Shown here one piece after another: positions 1-12,119 of a stretch of 64,000 nt of DNA. Position numbers and translations under genes: made by a program. Position 1 is the first letter of the stretch. The number at the start of each line of letters is the position of its first letter. The notes beneath the pieces are model-generated. The model saw only the letters and a list, made by a program, of their open reading frames with translations. It had not been told where the DNA came from and did no database searches. The stretch covers positions 6,262,001 through 6,326,000 of the forward strand of contig JANJGN010000041.1 in assembly GCA_026770705.1 (NCBI GenBank), in the 5' to 3' direction. Source of the DNA: Isurus oxyrinchus (taxonomy: Eukaryota).

Positions 1-419
1 GGTATAATGATTGGCCAGAACAACTGCCAGTTAAAGCAGCATTAAGTAGAAAACCACAACCGCTGTCCTTGAATAAATAAACATTAAAAACAAGAAAGAT
101 TCGGTCATGGCATGAGGGGCATAGCTGGCACGAAGAGCAATTATTGTCAATCTTTAATTGCTCTTGCAGAAAATAATATGTGCTCCATCCTTCTGAGCAG
201 CTGCAGTGTTTCTGATATCTTCGCCCTGGCTGCTTAGGGCCTGAATTACTAATTGCCCAGATCACCGGCTCAGCTAGCACTCTTTTCTAAATGTTTAATC
301 TGGCTTTTCGGCAACAGGACTTTCTATATATGCAACCCGACTGTTCAGCTTCCAGTTCTTTCTGTTCCTGAAGGAACCTAAGTTCCACAAAGTAATGCCA
401 CGACTCAACACTGTTTAGG

Positions 420-1335
420 TCCTTCATCAATGACCTCCTCTCCAGCTTAAGGTCGGAAATGGGGATGTTCGCTCATGATTCCACAATGTTCAACACAATT
501 CATGATTCCTGAGATAATGAGGTTGTCCATTGCCAGATGCAGCATGTTCAGACTTCGGCTCACAAGTGGAAAATGACAATTACAGCATACAAGTACCAGG
601 CAATGACTATCTCCAAAATAGAATATCAAACCATTGCCCGTCAACATTCAATGACATTACCATAGCCGAAAATCGTACTAGCAGCATTGTGGTGGATATC
701 ATTGACCAGAAACAACATAACTGGATTGGCCAATAAAGACAACGTTTACAAATGCAGTTGAGATGCCAGGAATCCTGCAGCGAATAACACAAGTGCTGAC
801 ACCCCAATTCCTTTCCACCATTTACAAGACAGGAATTTCATGGTATACTCTCTACTTGCTGGGATGCATGCAGCTCCAATATTAGTCAAGAAGCATGATA
901 GCATCTGGGATAAATCAGCCATTGATTGACACCACATCAATGAACGTTGACACTCTCCACCACTGATGAACAATGGCAGCAGTGCTTAATAACTGCAAGG
1001 TGCGCGGCAGGAATTCTGGAAATCAACTTGGATAATACAGTCCAAACCCACGAAGGATAATGGGCAGCAGGTTTATGTGAACACGACTATTTGGAAGTTC
1101 CCCTCCAAGCTACTCACCAGCTTGATTTGAAATGATATCCCTCTCCCTTCCTTGTCATCGTGTCAAATTCCAGGAACTCCATCCCCAAGGGCACTATGCG
1201 TGCAGAGTGGACAGAGGGACTGCTGCGGTTCAAGAAGGCAGCTCCACACCACTTTCTCTAGGGTACTTATGTCTGGGCATTAAACACTTGCGAACGACTG
1301 GCACCAACATCCTCTTAACGAATAATAATAAAATA
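420..1335 (+). mobile_element. CR1-clade LINE 3' remnant (RT C-terminal half and tail)
   Basis: Disrupted frame reads FINDL..RSEMGMFAHD (degenerate FADD catalytic motif), ..YSLLAGMHAAP.., ..RFKKAAPHH.., then an A-rich tail at ~1320-1335. Confidence 0.85.
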
Positions 1336-1989
1336 TAATTGTCCCTCTGGCTGCACAGCTACTGCGCTTCCCATTTTTCCAGTCTGTCAGCTCTGTTCTA
1401 CTATAGCCAAATCACTTTCCTAGCTAATACTTACTGCTTCTTATAAAACTAACCTCTTGCTATTTAGCTCCCGGACTTTTATAAATCTCTGCTCTGGGGG
1501 AAGAGTGCCTTTTACCTTCCAATCTGTGTTTTGATTATCTAAGGCACTCTTTTTTTATCTCTGTTATGGGAGTGTAGCCCCTTTCTAATCTTTGCTTTTA
1601 ATATCTCTCTCTCGCTCTTTTTAAATCGCTTCTCTGGCCACTCAGCTTCCGCTCTTTTTACATATCCTGCCATAGTGCCTCAACTACTCCTCTTTCTAAA
1701 AAATATCACCTGTTCGTGCACAGCTCCCAGCTCGCTCTAAATCTCTGCTCTCACTGTTCAGCTGCAGCAGTAAAAGAATAATTAAACCTGCCCTGACTGC
1801 CAAGTGTCTAGCCCGGAATTGGAGACTGTTGAGTTTAATTAAGAATGATCACTGGTTTGTAGCACCACCGTGTCTGAGGAATTGGGCAAAATCTACAAAG
1901 GTTGAAAATAGTGAATTCTTCTGACGCACTTCCCACTGAAGATTTAACATATGGTCCAGCAAATTCGCTAGATGTATTCAAAAAAAAGA

Positions 1990-3380
1990 CGATAGTTATT
2001 ACAGTAAGGAGGGAGTTTGTGAAAATCATCGGAAGTGCCTATGTCTTTCCAAATGATGATGAGAACGAAATTTTCAGCAGATCTAAAAGCACTGGAAATG
2101 TTAAACGGAGAAAGGGTTGAAACAAATTCCCTGGTTTACACGAAAAATCGCTGATGAAACCTTTTCATTCTGCTGCAAATTATACGTCATAGAAACCACA
2201 TGCAGATTATGCAAGGAATGCGGCAGTGTCTGGAAGCATCTCAGTGATAGATTGCAATGTCATCGAATTATCTAAGGACAATATTCAAAGCGCAACAAAA
2301 TGAATTGAAAGAAAGCGAATGATCCCAGAAATGGAGGTACTGGATGTGGAAGCACAGAGATATATAAACAAGGTGAGGATTAATGACAAACAACGTTGAC
2401 AGGCATTATTGCAGCCGTTCAGTTCTAGATGAGCAGAACTCAGAGTTTTTTCGGACAGCTGCAAGGCTTTTTGAGCACACCATTGAATAATTTCTGGGAA
2501 TAATTGCCATTGGAGCTAACTTCGACCCTCTGATGCATGGATATGCCCCATGCAGCATAAAGTAAATATACTCTTGACCATTTTCTTGGAACTCGTATTC
2601 AAAATGAGCTAATTTCGATGATGACATTGCAGGTGAAGAAATTGAACTTTATTGTAAACGTGAAGGCTGCAATACACCTTGTGCTTCTTCTTGTCATTAC
2701 CCCTGGTCTGACTGATGAAGATCAGTTATTCCTTCTGCTTCGTTAGCTTGATCTGTTTTCTGAAGATGTGAATCGAAGGGAGGATTTGATTCATTCTCTG
2801 ATGATTCAAAACAAAATTTAGTAAGGCCTTTCTGTTTCTCTCAATGATGCGCCAAATGGGCTTGGCCTTCGCATCACTGTGAGAGGCAGGGACTCAACAA
2901 TCTGGTAAATATTAAGGATCAGAAACGAGGCGTACAGGCCTGCCCACTTCAACACAACCGTTGAAGCTTTTTAACCCCATGAGGCTGCCACAACTTATCT
3001 CTGGTATTGGAAGAAACAGCAAACTGTAGTTCTAAACAATGAAATTGTTTTGGAGTTGTGCAGGGAAATTAAAGAATTATTACAGTTTGAAATAACAAAT
3101 GACATATATTGAGAGCGGAAGCTTCCTGGATAATGTTAAAGTCATTGTCAGACTGTTGGTGGAATGTCTAGTATAGAGTGGAAATGCAATATGTTACCAA
3201 ACAGCTGATATCAGGAAGGCATTGATTACAGTTACTGAAGAATGTGGCAACCCAGCGTTAAAATAGAGACTTAGTCCATGATCAACTACGAAGTTAAAGG
3301 TTTCGAGTTTTGCTTGGCAATGGTTGAGTGGCACAACAGCATATTCGCCAGAAGCATCGTGACCCAGAATATTTAATACT
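1990..3380 (+). mobile_element. hAT-superfamily DNA transposon transposase remnant (ZMYM1/DUF4371-like)
   Basis: Frameshifted motifs ANFDPLM, LGTRIQNELISMM, ITPGLTDEDQL, CERQGLNNLVNIKDQKRGVQA (cf. CRGQGYDNGANMKG..GVQA) and YEVKGFEFCLAMVEWHN, in the expected order. Confidence 0.8.
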
Positions 3381-3399
3381 TCGATATGCAGCTTTGTGG

Positions 3400-4850
3400 G
3401 GCTTTAGCATTTCAGAGGGATGGCGAAAATGAAAAGCAGGCTCCGTAGCACTCGTAATAAGCTAAGATATTATTTGTAATAGCGGACCTTTCATTAAATG
3501 ATGATGGGCCAATTTGTGAGGAGTTGGGAAACATCAAGGGGATCAAAGACTTGTGGGAGTTGTGAATAGCCCAGCAAACCACAGTGCTAAATTGTGGCGT
3601 GGTATACATCAGGAAATTCGTGCTGAATGTAACATGGTTAAAGTAGGAAAATTAGAAACTTCAGTTTGCAACATGACCATCGTTAAGCAAATCAGCACTA
3701 ATAGCATGCAAGAGGAATTCATTGAATGTATCCTAGCTTGGTTTCAGAACTAGTAAGTTGAGGAGCCAACTAGGAATCGAGCTAGACAGGATTTAGTGCT
3801 CGATCATGCGAAAGACTCAAAGCATTTCAGTGCTCTCAATTAATCTTTGGGAAATAGTCACAATAAAGTGATTGAGTTTTGCAATAAGTATGACAGCGAT
3901 ATGCTGAATCCTGAAACTTGGTGGTTAAATCTGAATAAAGAAAATTCTGAATGTAAGAGAGGCAAGTTGGCTATAATAGATTTCGAAAGTAAAGGAAAAG
4001 TTTTGTTAGTGGACAGGGAATGGCGAGTATTTAAGGAAATAATGCACTGTCTACATCAAACAAGCATTCATCGAAAGCTCAACACAGAGACAGAAAGAAA
4101 ACTCAACCGAAGTTTGCAAATGAAGTTAGATATCGCACTTCATGAAATGAAATGATTTATCATGGCGCAAGAGAAAAAGTGGTAAATCTGAGGTTTGGGA
4201 GAACTTTAGAACCCAGAAAGTGAGGACCAAGAAACTGATTTATAAATGGGAAGAGAATGTAATGCAATCCAGTTAGGAACATAAAGCGCAAGTCTCGGAA
4301 CTTTACATGTAGGTAGGGGAATATTTATCATGGAGAACAGGGAAACATCATGGTAACGAAACAATAACTTTTCGCCTGTCGTCACAGAAGAACTTATAGA
4401 ATATTTCCAAGATAAGCTAGGCAACCAAATGAGTTGTGAAACAGGGAAGCGAAAAGGAATAAATAGTTTTACAGGAAACGGTAGTGCTTGACATGTGAAA
4501 TGGATTGAAGGTTAAATAATTTGCTGGACTAGAATTGCTTCATCTCAAGAGTGCTGAAGGAGGAGGCTGAAGAAACAATGGTTGCATTGTTTGTTTTGTT
4601 TCAAAATTCTTTAGTTTCTGCAAAGCCTCCAGCGAATTATAAAATATCAGATGTTGCATCACAATTGAAGAATGTAATAAGATGGTCGAGGGAGAACTGC
4701 AGACATGTCAGTTTTACATAAGAATTCTGGGAAAAGTTATTAGTACGGAGGTGATAACTGGGTATGTAGTAAAGAATGATAACATTGCACAATCTGATCA
4801 AGGATATATGAAAGGGAAATCATGTTAGAAAAACAATTAAGCAACTCACT
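3400..4850 (+). mobile_element. CR1 LINE ORF2 remnant (APE endonuclease into start of RT)
   Basis: LVGVVNSPAN, EEFIECIL..EEPTRNRARQDLVL endonuclease-type motifs, later KGKSC; many stops and frameshifts. Confidence 0.8.
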
Positions 4851-5287
4851 GCATAAAGAGACTCCACATATATCCAGATTTTCAATGCTGCGAGGGCCCA
4901 GCATATCAGTGGAAAATGTAAAGCTAAAGCACTCTCAAAGGTACCGAATGGATGAGGCAACTTGGCCTCCTCCATAGGTTCCCAAAATTACAGATGTTAG
5001 TCTTCAGTCAAGTTTATTCACACTCTGTGATATCAGGAAGCCGCTGAACCTCTGGATACTGCAGGACGGTGGGCACGAGAATATTTCGGCAATTGTACTG
5101 AATGCTTGTGCACTCGATATTGCCCTATGGCATAGCCATGCTGCTCCAGTACAGATTCAACACTGGCATCTACTCAAATATCAGAAAAATCGCCCAGGTA
5201 CGAGGTACAGAAAAATGCAGCACAAGCCCAACCTGTTCATTAACAGTCGCGTGAGCCTCCATTTGATAATCAGGAAAGTAATGGAAG

Positions 5288-5795
5288 AACACCTGCAGTC
5301 TGTCCGCAAGAATGACCCAAACCTCCCTGTCGCTTGCCATTTTAACACTCCACCCTGCTCTCTTGCCCACATGTCTGTCCTTGGCTTGCTGCATTGTTCC
5401 AGTGAAGCCCAACGCAAACTGGAGGAACAACACCTCATCTTCCGACTAGGCACTTTACAGCCTTCCGGACTGAATATTGAATTCAATAACTTTAGGTCGT
5501 GAGCTCCCTTCCCCAACCCCGCCCCCTTTTTGTTTCCCCCTTCCCTTTTTTTCCAATAAATTATAAAGTTTTTCCTTTTTCCACCTATTTCCATTATTTA
5601 AAATTAAAACACCCCCACTAGAGATATACCTTGAGTGCCCTACCATCCATTATTAATTAGCACATTCGTTTAGATAATATCACCAACTTTAACTTTAACA
5701 CCTATGTGTTCTTTTGTACTATTGTTGTTGACATCTTTTGATGATCTGCTTCTATCACTGCTTGTTTGTCCCTACAACCACACCCTTCCCCCTCC

Positions 5796-5828
<33 letters not shown>

Positions 5829-6033
5829 CCGCCCACACACACACCTTAAATCAGCTTATATTTCAACTCTTTCTTGGACTCGAACTCAAGTTCTGTCGAA
5901 GGGTCATGAGGACTCGAAACGTCAACTCTTTTCTTTCTTCGCCGATGCTACCAGACCTGCTGAGTTTATCCAGGCAATTCTGTTTTTGCTTTGCTTTGGA
6001 TTTCCAGCATCCACAGTTTTTTTTTGTTTTTAT
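5288..6033 (+). mobile_element. 5'-truncated Penelope-like retroelement (GIY-YIG C-terminus plus 3' UTR/pLTR)
   Basis: Uninterrupted EHLQSVRKNDPNLPVACHFN..RKLEEQHLIFRLGTLQPSGLNIEF (Penelope GIY-YIG end). Flanked by an exact 12-bp TSD aagtaatggaag at 5276-5287 and 6034-6045. Confidence 0.92.
5889..5927 (+). ncRNA. Minimal type I hammerhead ribozyme-like motif in the Penelope 3' region (variant core)
   Basis: AGTT-CTGTCGA-A-GGGTC-ATGAG-GACTC-GAAA-C-GTC-AACT: stem I AGTT/AACT, stem II GGGTC/GACTC, GAAA core, GUC cleavage triplet; U at position 6 of CUGANGA. Confidence 0.65.
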
Positions 6034-8606
6034 AAGTAATGGAAGGGTTCATCAAGCGGCATCTGATCAGCAGTACTCTGCTCATGGAGGCTTAGTCTGG
6101 TTCCAAAAGATTCAGTCTGTTCCTAATAGCATCACCGCCATGGTCCAAATATGAGGTAACAGCTTGACTCCAGATGTGACGTGATAGTGACCACACCTGA
6201 TATCAAGGGAGCATATGATCACGTGTGGCATCAAGGCGCCCTCAAATAAACTGGGTCAACGTGAATTCATGGGAAAACTCTTCGTTAGATGGAGTCATAT
6301 CTGGCACAAATGAATATTGTTCTGGTAGTTGCAGAAGATTCATCTCAGTTCAAGGATGTCACTGCAGGAGATGCTGAGGATTTTGGCTAGTCCTCAGTAC
6401 CATCAGCTGCTCCATCTATCACCATTCTTCCAACATAAGCTCATAATTGGTGATTTTCGATTACGATTGCACAATGGAGAGTATATTTGCAATGCCCCAA
6501 ATACTGACCCGTCCATGCCCAAATACTGGAATGCTTGGATATTATCCAGGCTTGTGGAGAGAAGAGGCAAGTAACGTTCATGACACATAAGTACTTAGCA
6601 TTTTTATCTCAAAAAAATAAACTAACCATCGTCGCTTGGCATAAGTAATATTATAATTTCCGAAACCACCGCTACCATCATCCTAGGAACAACTGTTGAC
6701 CAGTAATTGAACTGGCCAAACCATACAAATATTGTGGCTACAAGAGCAGGCCAGTGGATAGGGAATCTGCCACAAGCAGATCACGATCTGACTCCCCACT
6801 GCTGGGCCACCACCTACAATACACAACTCAGGAGATCCCGGAACAATGCTGCTCCAACAGCCCTCAGCATCCTCAATACCATCCATGACAAAGCTGGATT
6901 GGCAGCCCTTCAATAAGTGTGCACTCCCTCCACCAGCAACGAACAATGATGGCAGTGTGCACCAGCTGCAATATTTTCCTCAGGAGTACAGCCCTCTGCC
7001 TTAGACAGTACATCGTAAATCCAGAACAGCTGCCATCTAGAAGTACAAGAACAGCAGGCACATGGGAAAACCAGCACTTGCAGGTTTTCCTCCCCGCTAC
7101 TCACCATCCTAGCTTGGGAAGATCCGCATTCATTCATTGTCGCTGGGTCAGACCCTGGAGCTACCACCTTTTACTGAACTGTTGGTTTATCTGCAACAAA
7201 CGGACAACCAAGGCTCAAGCATTGTATTCCCCACCACCTTGACAAGTGTAATTAGGACGGGCAGTCAATGGCTGCCTAGAACAGTGATACTAACATTCCG
7301 TAAATTATAAAGAAGAATGTAGACATGTTAACAAGTTGAGAATTTTTCCAACTTTTCGTCACTATGTGGCATTCTGTTCATAAACAATGACTGCAATGAT
7401 ATTGAATTTATTCAACGTACATGTAGAAAGATTTTTTGGTACAGCAGGGAGTTATGGGTTTTGGACCATGTTGGAAGTTCGAGTACAGATAGCTTGCAGG
7501 TCCGTTCTGACCATAGTGAATAGTGGAGCAGCATAGGAGTGTCGATTGATCTGCTTCAGACGCTCAGTGCTATATTCAAATCTTAACTTTTCCCTAATTG
7601 TAAACAACATACATACATATTTACTCCTGTGCTCCAATCCTCTTACAAATAAAGCTAACGTGTCAGCTGCCCTCTTAAGCGATTTCTTTACACACAAGCC
7701 CTCGTGTTTCAAAGTTTTTAAATATTATACTCTGCTTTAATAATATTAGTGTCGAAGTCAGTGAATTCACACTTCGACACATGACACTTCATGTAACATC
7801 ATATTGACAGCTCAATTCATCATTCTATATCTCTCTGTAACCTTTCTGTTCTCCCCCTCAGCTAATCTTTCTCCATAGGTCTATATGATCAGCAGGGTTT
7901 GATACATAATTCTTTGTCTCTACTCTCGAGTCATTAAGATTGATTTTTGGAGCCATTCAGCAACTTTCAGCCTTTTAAATAGGAACAAGATAATGTCATT
8001 CTCAGCGTCAGGCATTTTAAAATAGGTCTACAATGCCTCGAGCCAGTTCTACAGAAATAGAAGAAGGCAATTTTGTCCTTCTTTTGTTTTTGTACAGACG
8101 AGGTGGGGGAAGGCATTCAGACTCTGCAAATCCTATTACACAGGGAACGGGGGTAACATAATTAATTCTATTTTCTACCCTGTAACACAGGAGCTGGGGG
8201 ATGTCATTTAGCACCCACAGCCTGTTGCCGTGGAACTCTGCGGGGGAATGACTGTACTGGAGCAATAAACACGTCATTGGAATGCTCCACACAAGCCCTA
8301 ATGGATGACACAAATTTGAAAAAAAATGCTCCTCTTGTAGAATTGCATATGCAGCGGGATATCAATGTTAAAGATTTCTTTGTTGTTGATGGTTTTCATG
8401 ATATGACAGTAACCAAGTGGAAGCTGTAATGTATGTTTCTGGCGCATGCGACCCTGAGGAATGGGGGATACATGTTGGTGAATTGAAGTTGCCAGATGAT
8501 AACAAGGGTTTCAGTTAGCTCTCCCCGACATCGGTTTGTGTACCTCCTATTTATGACAAGATTTAAAAGAAGAAATGTTGGGCGTTTATGGTCAAGGAAC
8601 GGGTAA

Positions 8607-8845
8607 NNNNNNNNNNNNNNNNNNNNNNNNNNNNNNNNNNNNNNNNNNNNNNNNNNNNNNNNNNNNNNNNNNNNNNNNNNNNNNNNNNNNNNNNNNNNNN
8701 NNNNNNNNNNNNNNNNNNNNNNNNNNNNNNNNNNNNNNNNNNNNNNNNNNNNNNNNNNNNNNNNNNNNNNNNNNNNNNNNNNNNNNNNNNNNNNNNNNNN
8801 NNNNNNNNNNNNNNNNNNNNNNNNNNNNNNNNNNNNNNNNNNNNN
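8607..8845. other. Assembly gap
   Basis: Run of N. Confidence 1.
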
Positions 8846-8959
8846 AGCGAGCACAATATGATTGCAAGTGTCCTCCACTTTCAAATGGGGAAGAGTGTAC
8901 CTGAGTCAAGTGTTTATGTGTAAAGATGGACATCTGTTTGGGCATGAAAGCTAAGTGAG

Positions 8960-10905
8960 CTGATGCGAATGGGAATATTAGGCTTGGTGAGAGGTCAAAG
9001 GAGCAGCAGTGGCTCGCAGTTAATGAGGCATTTCAGAAGACTCAGAGTACGTATATCTCTGCAGTAAAGAAAGATTCTTAATGGAGGACCCACCATCCAC
9101 GGATAACTAAAAAAGTTAGTGAAAGCAGCGAGGTAATGGAAAACAGAATAAACCGTGCAAAGTTTGTTGCCAGGTCAGGTTATTGGCCAGTTTAATAGTA
9201 ACATCAAGGAATGGACTAAATGGTTACCAGGAATAAGAAATTAGAGTCTGAGGTGAAAAAAAACCTAGAAATGTAAAACGTATAGAAACCGTTTCATCAG
9301 AGTTTTTTCGAAAGGAGAAGAGGAAGTAGAGGGAGTGATATTCCCTTTCTGCATTAAAAAGAGAGTCAATATTAGCTAATAAGGGAATGGGGAAATAAAT
9401 GAAGGCATATTTTGCTGCTGTATTCAGCACACAAGTAACACAAATGTTCCACTAATTGCTGGAAAGCAAGACAGGAAAGGAAGAGGTATCTTTGTGAAAT
9501 CACAATAACTAGGAAAGAGGTCCTAAACAAACTGATGGAGCTGCAGGCAGACACGTCTCAGGGACCTCTGGAACATCATCCTAGGATCTTAAAAGAGGTG
9601 GCTAATGAAGTGGTAGATGCGTTTTTGTTGAAATTCCAATTTTAACTATTTTCGGGAAACATTCCATTCCAATGGGAGCACAAAAAGAACCTCACAATTC
9701 TACAAGGATGGGATATGGATAACAAGACACTATGGGACAGTTAGCTTTACAACTGCCATGGGGACGGTGCTAGAAATGATCAGGCAGGAGTTTATAGCTG
9801 GGCATTTAGAGATAATCAAGATAATTGGGAATATTATCCATGGTATTCTGAAAGGGACGTCTTGTTTAACCATTATTTGCCGTTGTTTGAATTATAGACA
9901 TGCATTGTGGATAAAGGGCTGATTTTGTATGTGCTGTATTTCGGACTCTCGGAAGGCATTTGATAAGATGCCACATCAAAGTTTAGTTTAGATGAAAAAT
10001 GTTCATGGCCAAAGGGTTAACTTATTAGCATTGATAGAAGATTGGGTAGCCGGCAGACAAGAGATACGATGGAGCATAATCTGGGATAATGGGAAGTTTT
10101 CACTTTGGCACAGACAATGAAAATAAAACTGGGTAATGATTAAACTGAGAAAGGCTGCAGGATTCCGAACTGCAGGAGAATCAAGCTGGTCAAGTACATG
10201 AGTTGGAGAAAGTGGCCATGCAGGGAGAGCATGTAGTTTCAGAATGAAATGCTATGCTTTTTTTGTGATGGGAATTGAAATTAAAAATAAGGATGCTATG
10301 CTTCACTTAAGCAGATCATTGCTGAAATCTAGAATTTTGTGCGTCGTTTTGATTGCCCTGTTTATGCAAGGATGTGGATGCCTGGGGGCGCTTCAGAGAA
10401 CGCTCACTAGGTTGTCACCTGGAATGAATGGAATGTGTTGTGAGGAAACTTTAAGAAGATCGGACTTGCCTGCACAGCATTTTACAGGAGGGGGGGAAAT
10501 AATTGAATTCTATGCGAACCTGAAAGCTTTGTCGAAGGCTGTGGGAATCCATCGTTGATGTTTTGGTTGAGCAGCGAATTAGGAGTCATTTATTTTTTTT
10601 TAATTGCTTTGCCCTTGTAGCACACAGTTTTTCTATTTGTTTGTGTGCGTTTTTGTTTGTTTCTCCTCGAGGTTATTCTGACGTTTGAACTCTCTGCATT
10701 AGAAGGCCGAGGAGGCCCGATCACTGAATATTGTTAAGATGGAGGCCAATATATTTTAGCCAGGAAGATTAATCAAAGTTTATAGGGTTGGTTGGGATTT
10801 TGGTACTTGAAAAAATCAAATTCTCCATGAACTTAATGAAAGGAGGAGAAGGCTCGATGTTCCAAATAGCCTATGTCTGCTCAAATCTTCTGTGTTTGTA
10901 TGTTC
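8960..10905 (+). mobile_element. CR1 LINE ORF2 (RT) remnant with 3' tail
   Basis: HHPRILKEVANEVVDA, KGTSCLT and KAFDKMPHQ motifs; CR1-type 3' end at ~10830-10905. Confidence 0.85.
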
Positions 10906-11818
10906 GTAATCGTGACAACATGGACCAATTTGATCAAAACAATATAAAATTAAAATTTAAGTTCTTATCAGAGCGGTAGAGTTCAGAGTGCACAAAGGCG
11001 ATGGATGAATGAGGTTTCGTGAGATTTTGATATTAGGCAGCAGAGTTCGAGATGCACTTTGATCGCACAGATTTGTAACTGGGTGTTGCCAGGAAAATAA
11101 TTAGTAAAGTTGAGCCTGGATTTCTCAAAAGGACAGGTGAGACCTTGAGCAGCAGATGATCTGGAGTACATGTTCTGATATCATGTTGGGGATCGAGTGA
11201 TAAGCACTGGTTGAGTGTGATGATATGGAGGCGCTTGTCATTTAGTGTCAAGTAGATGGCAAAGGTTCTGCACTGTTTGTTTCAGCATCAGATATTGGCC
11301 AGACACTGGTCCAGGAACGCATATTGATTAGAAATTAGGAAAAAGTCCGCCATCTTCACATTCTTGAGCATCGCACATGTTAATGCCATGAATCATGGAT
11401 TTTAGGCATAACATCTGGATATAATGATTTAACAGGAAGTCCGCCAAAGCAATGATAGGAGAATGAGGTAACAAAATCATCAGTAAGTTAAGAATGGGTT
11501 GCCGAGTTAATAACTGGACGCCGAGATTCAAAAAATAAATACAAAGCAGGGCACATTAAATAGCTAGAATAGCAGCGTCAAACATCGCCCATAGAAATAC
11601 TCACTGAGTAGAGTATCTTATTGGGGCACAAACAGTAGCCACGATAACTAAGAAATATATTAAAACACTGGTCCGAAATGGGTCAGTTCGGCTTAGTTAT
11701 CCACTAATCATTTGCAGAAATAACGTTGAAACTGTAAGATAATCCACTGCCCCTTGTGTGTACATTCCATTCTATTGTTCCTACATCGACTGCATTGTGG
11801 TAACATTCGAAACAATTG

Positions 11819-11960
11819 ATCTCAGATGCAGATTCAGTTTTGCAATATTCAGTTCGTTTATTCTCAGATTCAAATGCATTCTGGAACATTTAATTCTGTT
11901 GTTCTCAGATTCAAAATGCATTGTTGTACCATCCTAATCTATTGTTCTCAGATTCAGAAC
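11819..11960. repeat. Degenerate ~42-bp tandem repeat (3-4 copies)
   Basis: ttctcagattca core at 11861, 11902 and 11945, with a variant at ~11819. Confidence 0.7.
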
Positions 11961-12047
11961 CGTGTAGGCAAACTGGGTAAATGTTGCTCGAAAATGGAAA
12001 TCCAACGGCAAAGTGGAGTCTCATTGACTGCCGCAGCGCCAGGCCTG

Positions 12048-12119
12048 TTTTCTTTAGTATAGTGGTGAATATCCCCACCTTCCACACGGGACATCGGCGT
12101 TCCATTTACCAATGGGGAG
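12048..12119 (+). pseudogene. tRNA-Asp-derived pseudogene (anticodon position now TCC)
   Basis: 72 nt colinear with vertebrate tRNA-Asp(GTC): ..TTAGTATAGTGGTGAaTATCCCCaCC..GGGGAG; acceptor, anticodon and T stems broken. Confidence 0.8.

Larger units (their letters stand above)
4940..7315 (+). mobile_element. CR1-clade LINE RT remnant, interrupted by a Penelope insertion at 5288-6033
   Basis: RT motifs continue across the insertion (..IIRKVME|GFI..; DIKGAYDHVWHQG; LNWPNHTNIVATRAGQ). Same family as 420-1335; ends in an A-rich tail at ~7315. Confidence 0.8.

Noticed and set aside
8396-8945. ORFs spanning the first gap (likewise 19129-19511)
   Set aside because: Artefacts of N runs; the gap-flanking sequence also looks low quality.
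11819-11960. CRISPR-like repeat-spacer pattern (ttctcagattca core, ~42-bp period)
   Set aside because: Vertebrate context, no cas genes, and the inter-core segments are short and AT-rich like a degenerate minisatellite.
12048-12119. Functional anticodon-switched tRNA (Asp body, Gly TCC anticodon)
   Set aside because: The acceptor, anticodon and T stems and the B box are all disrupted.
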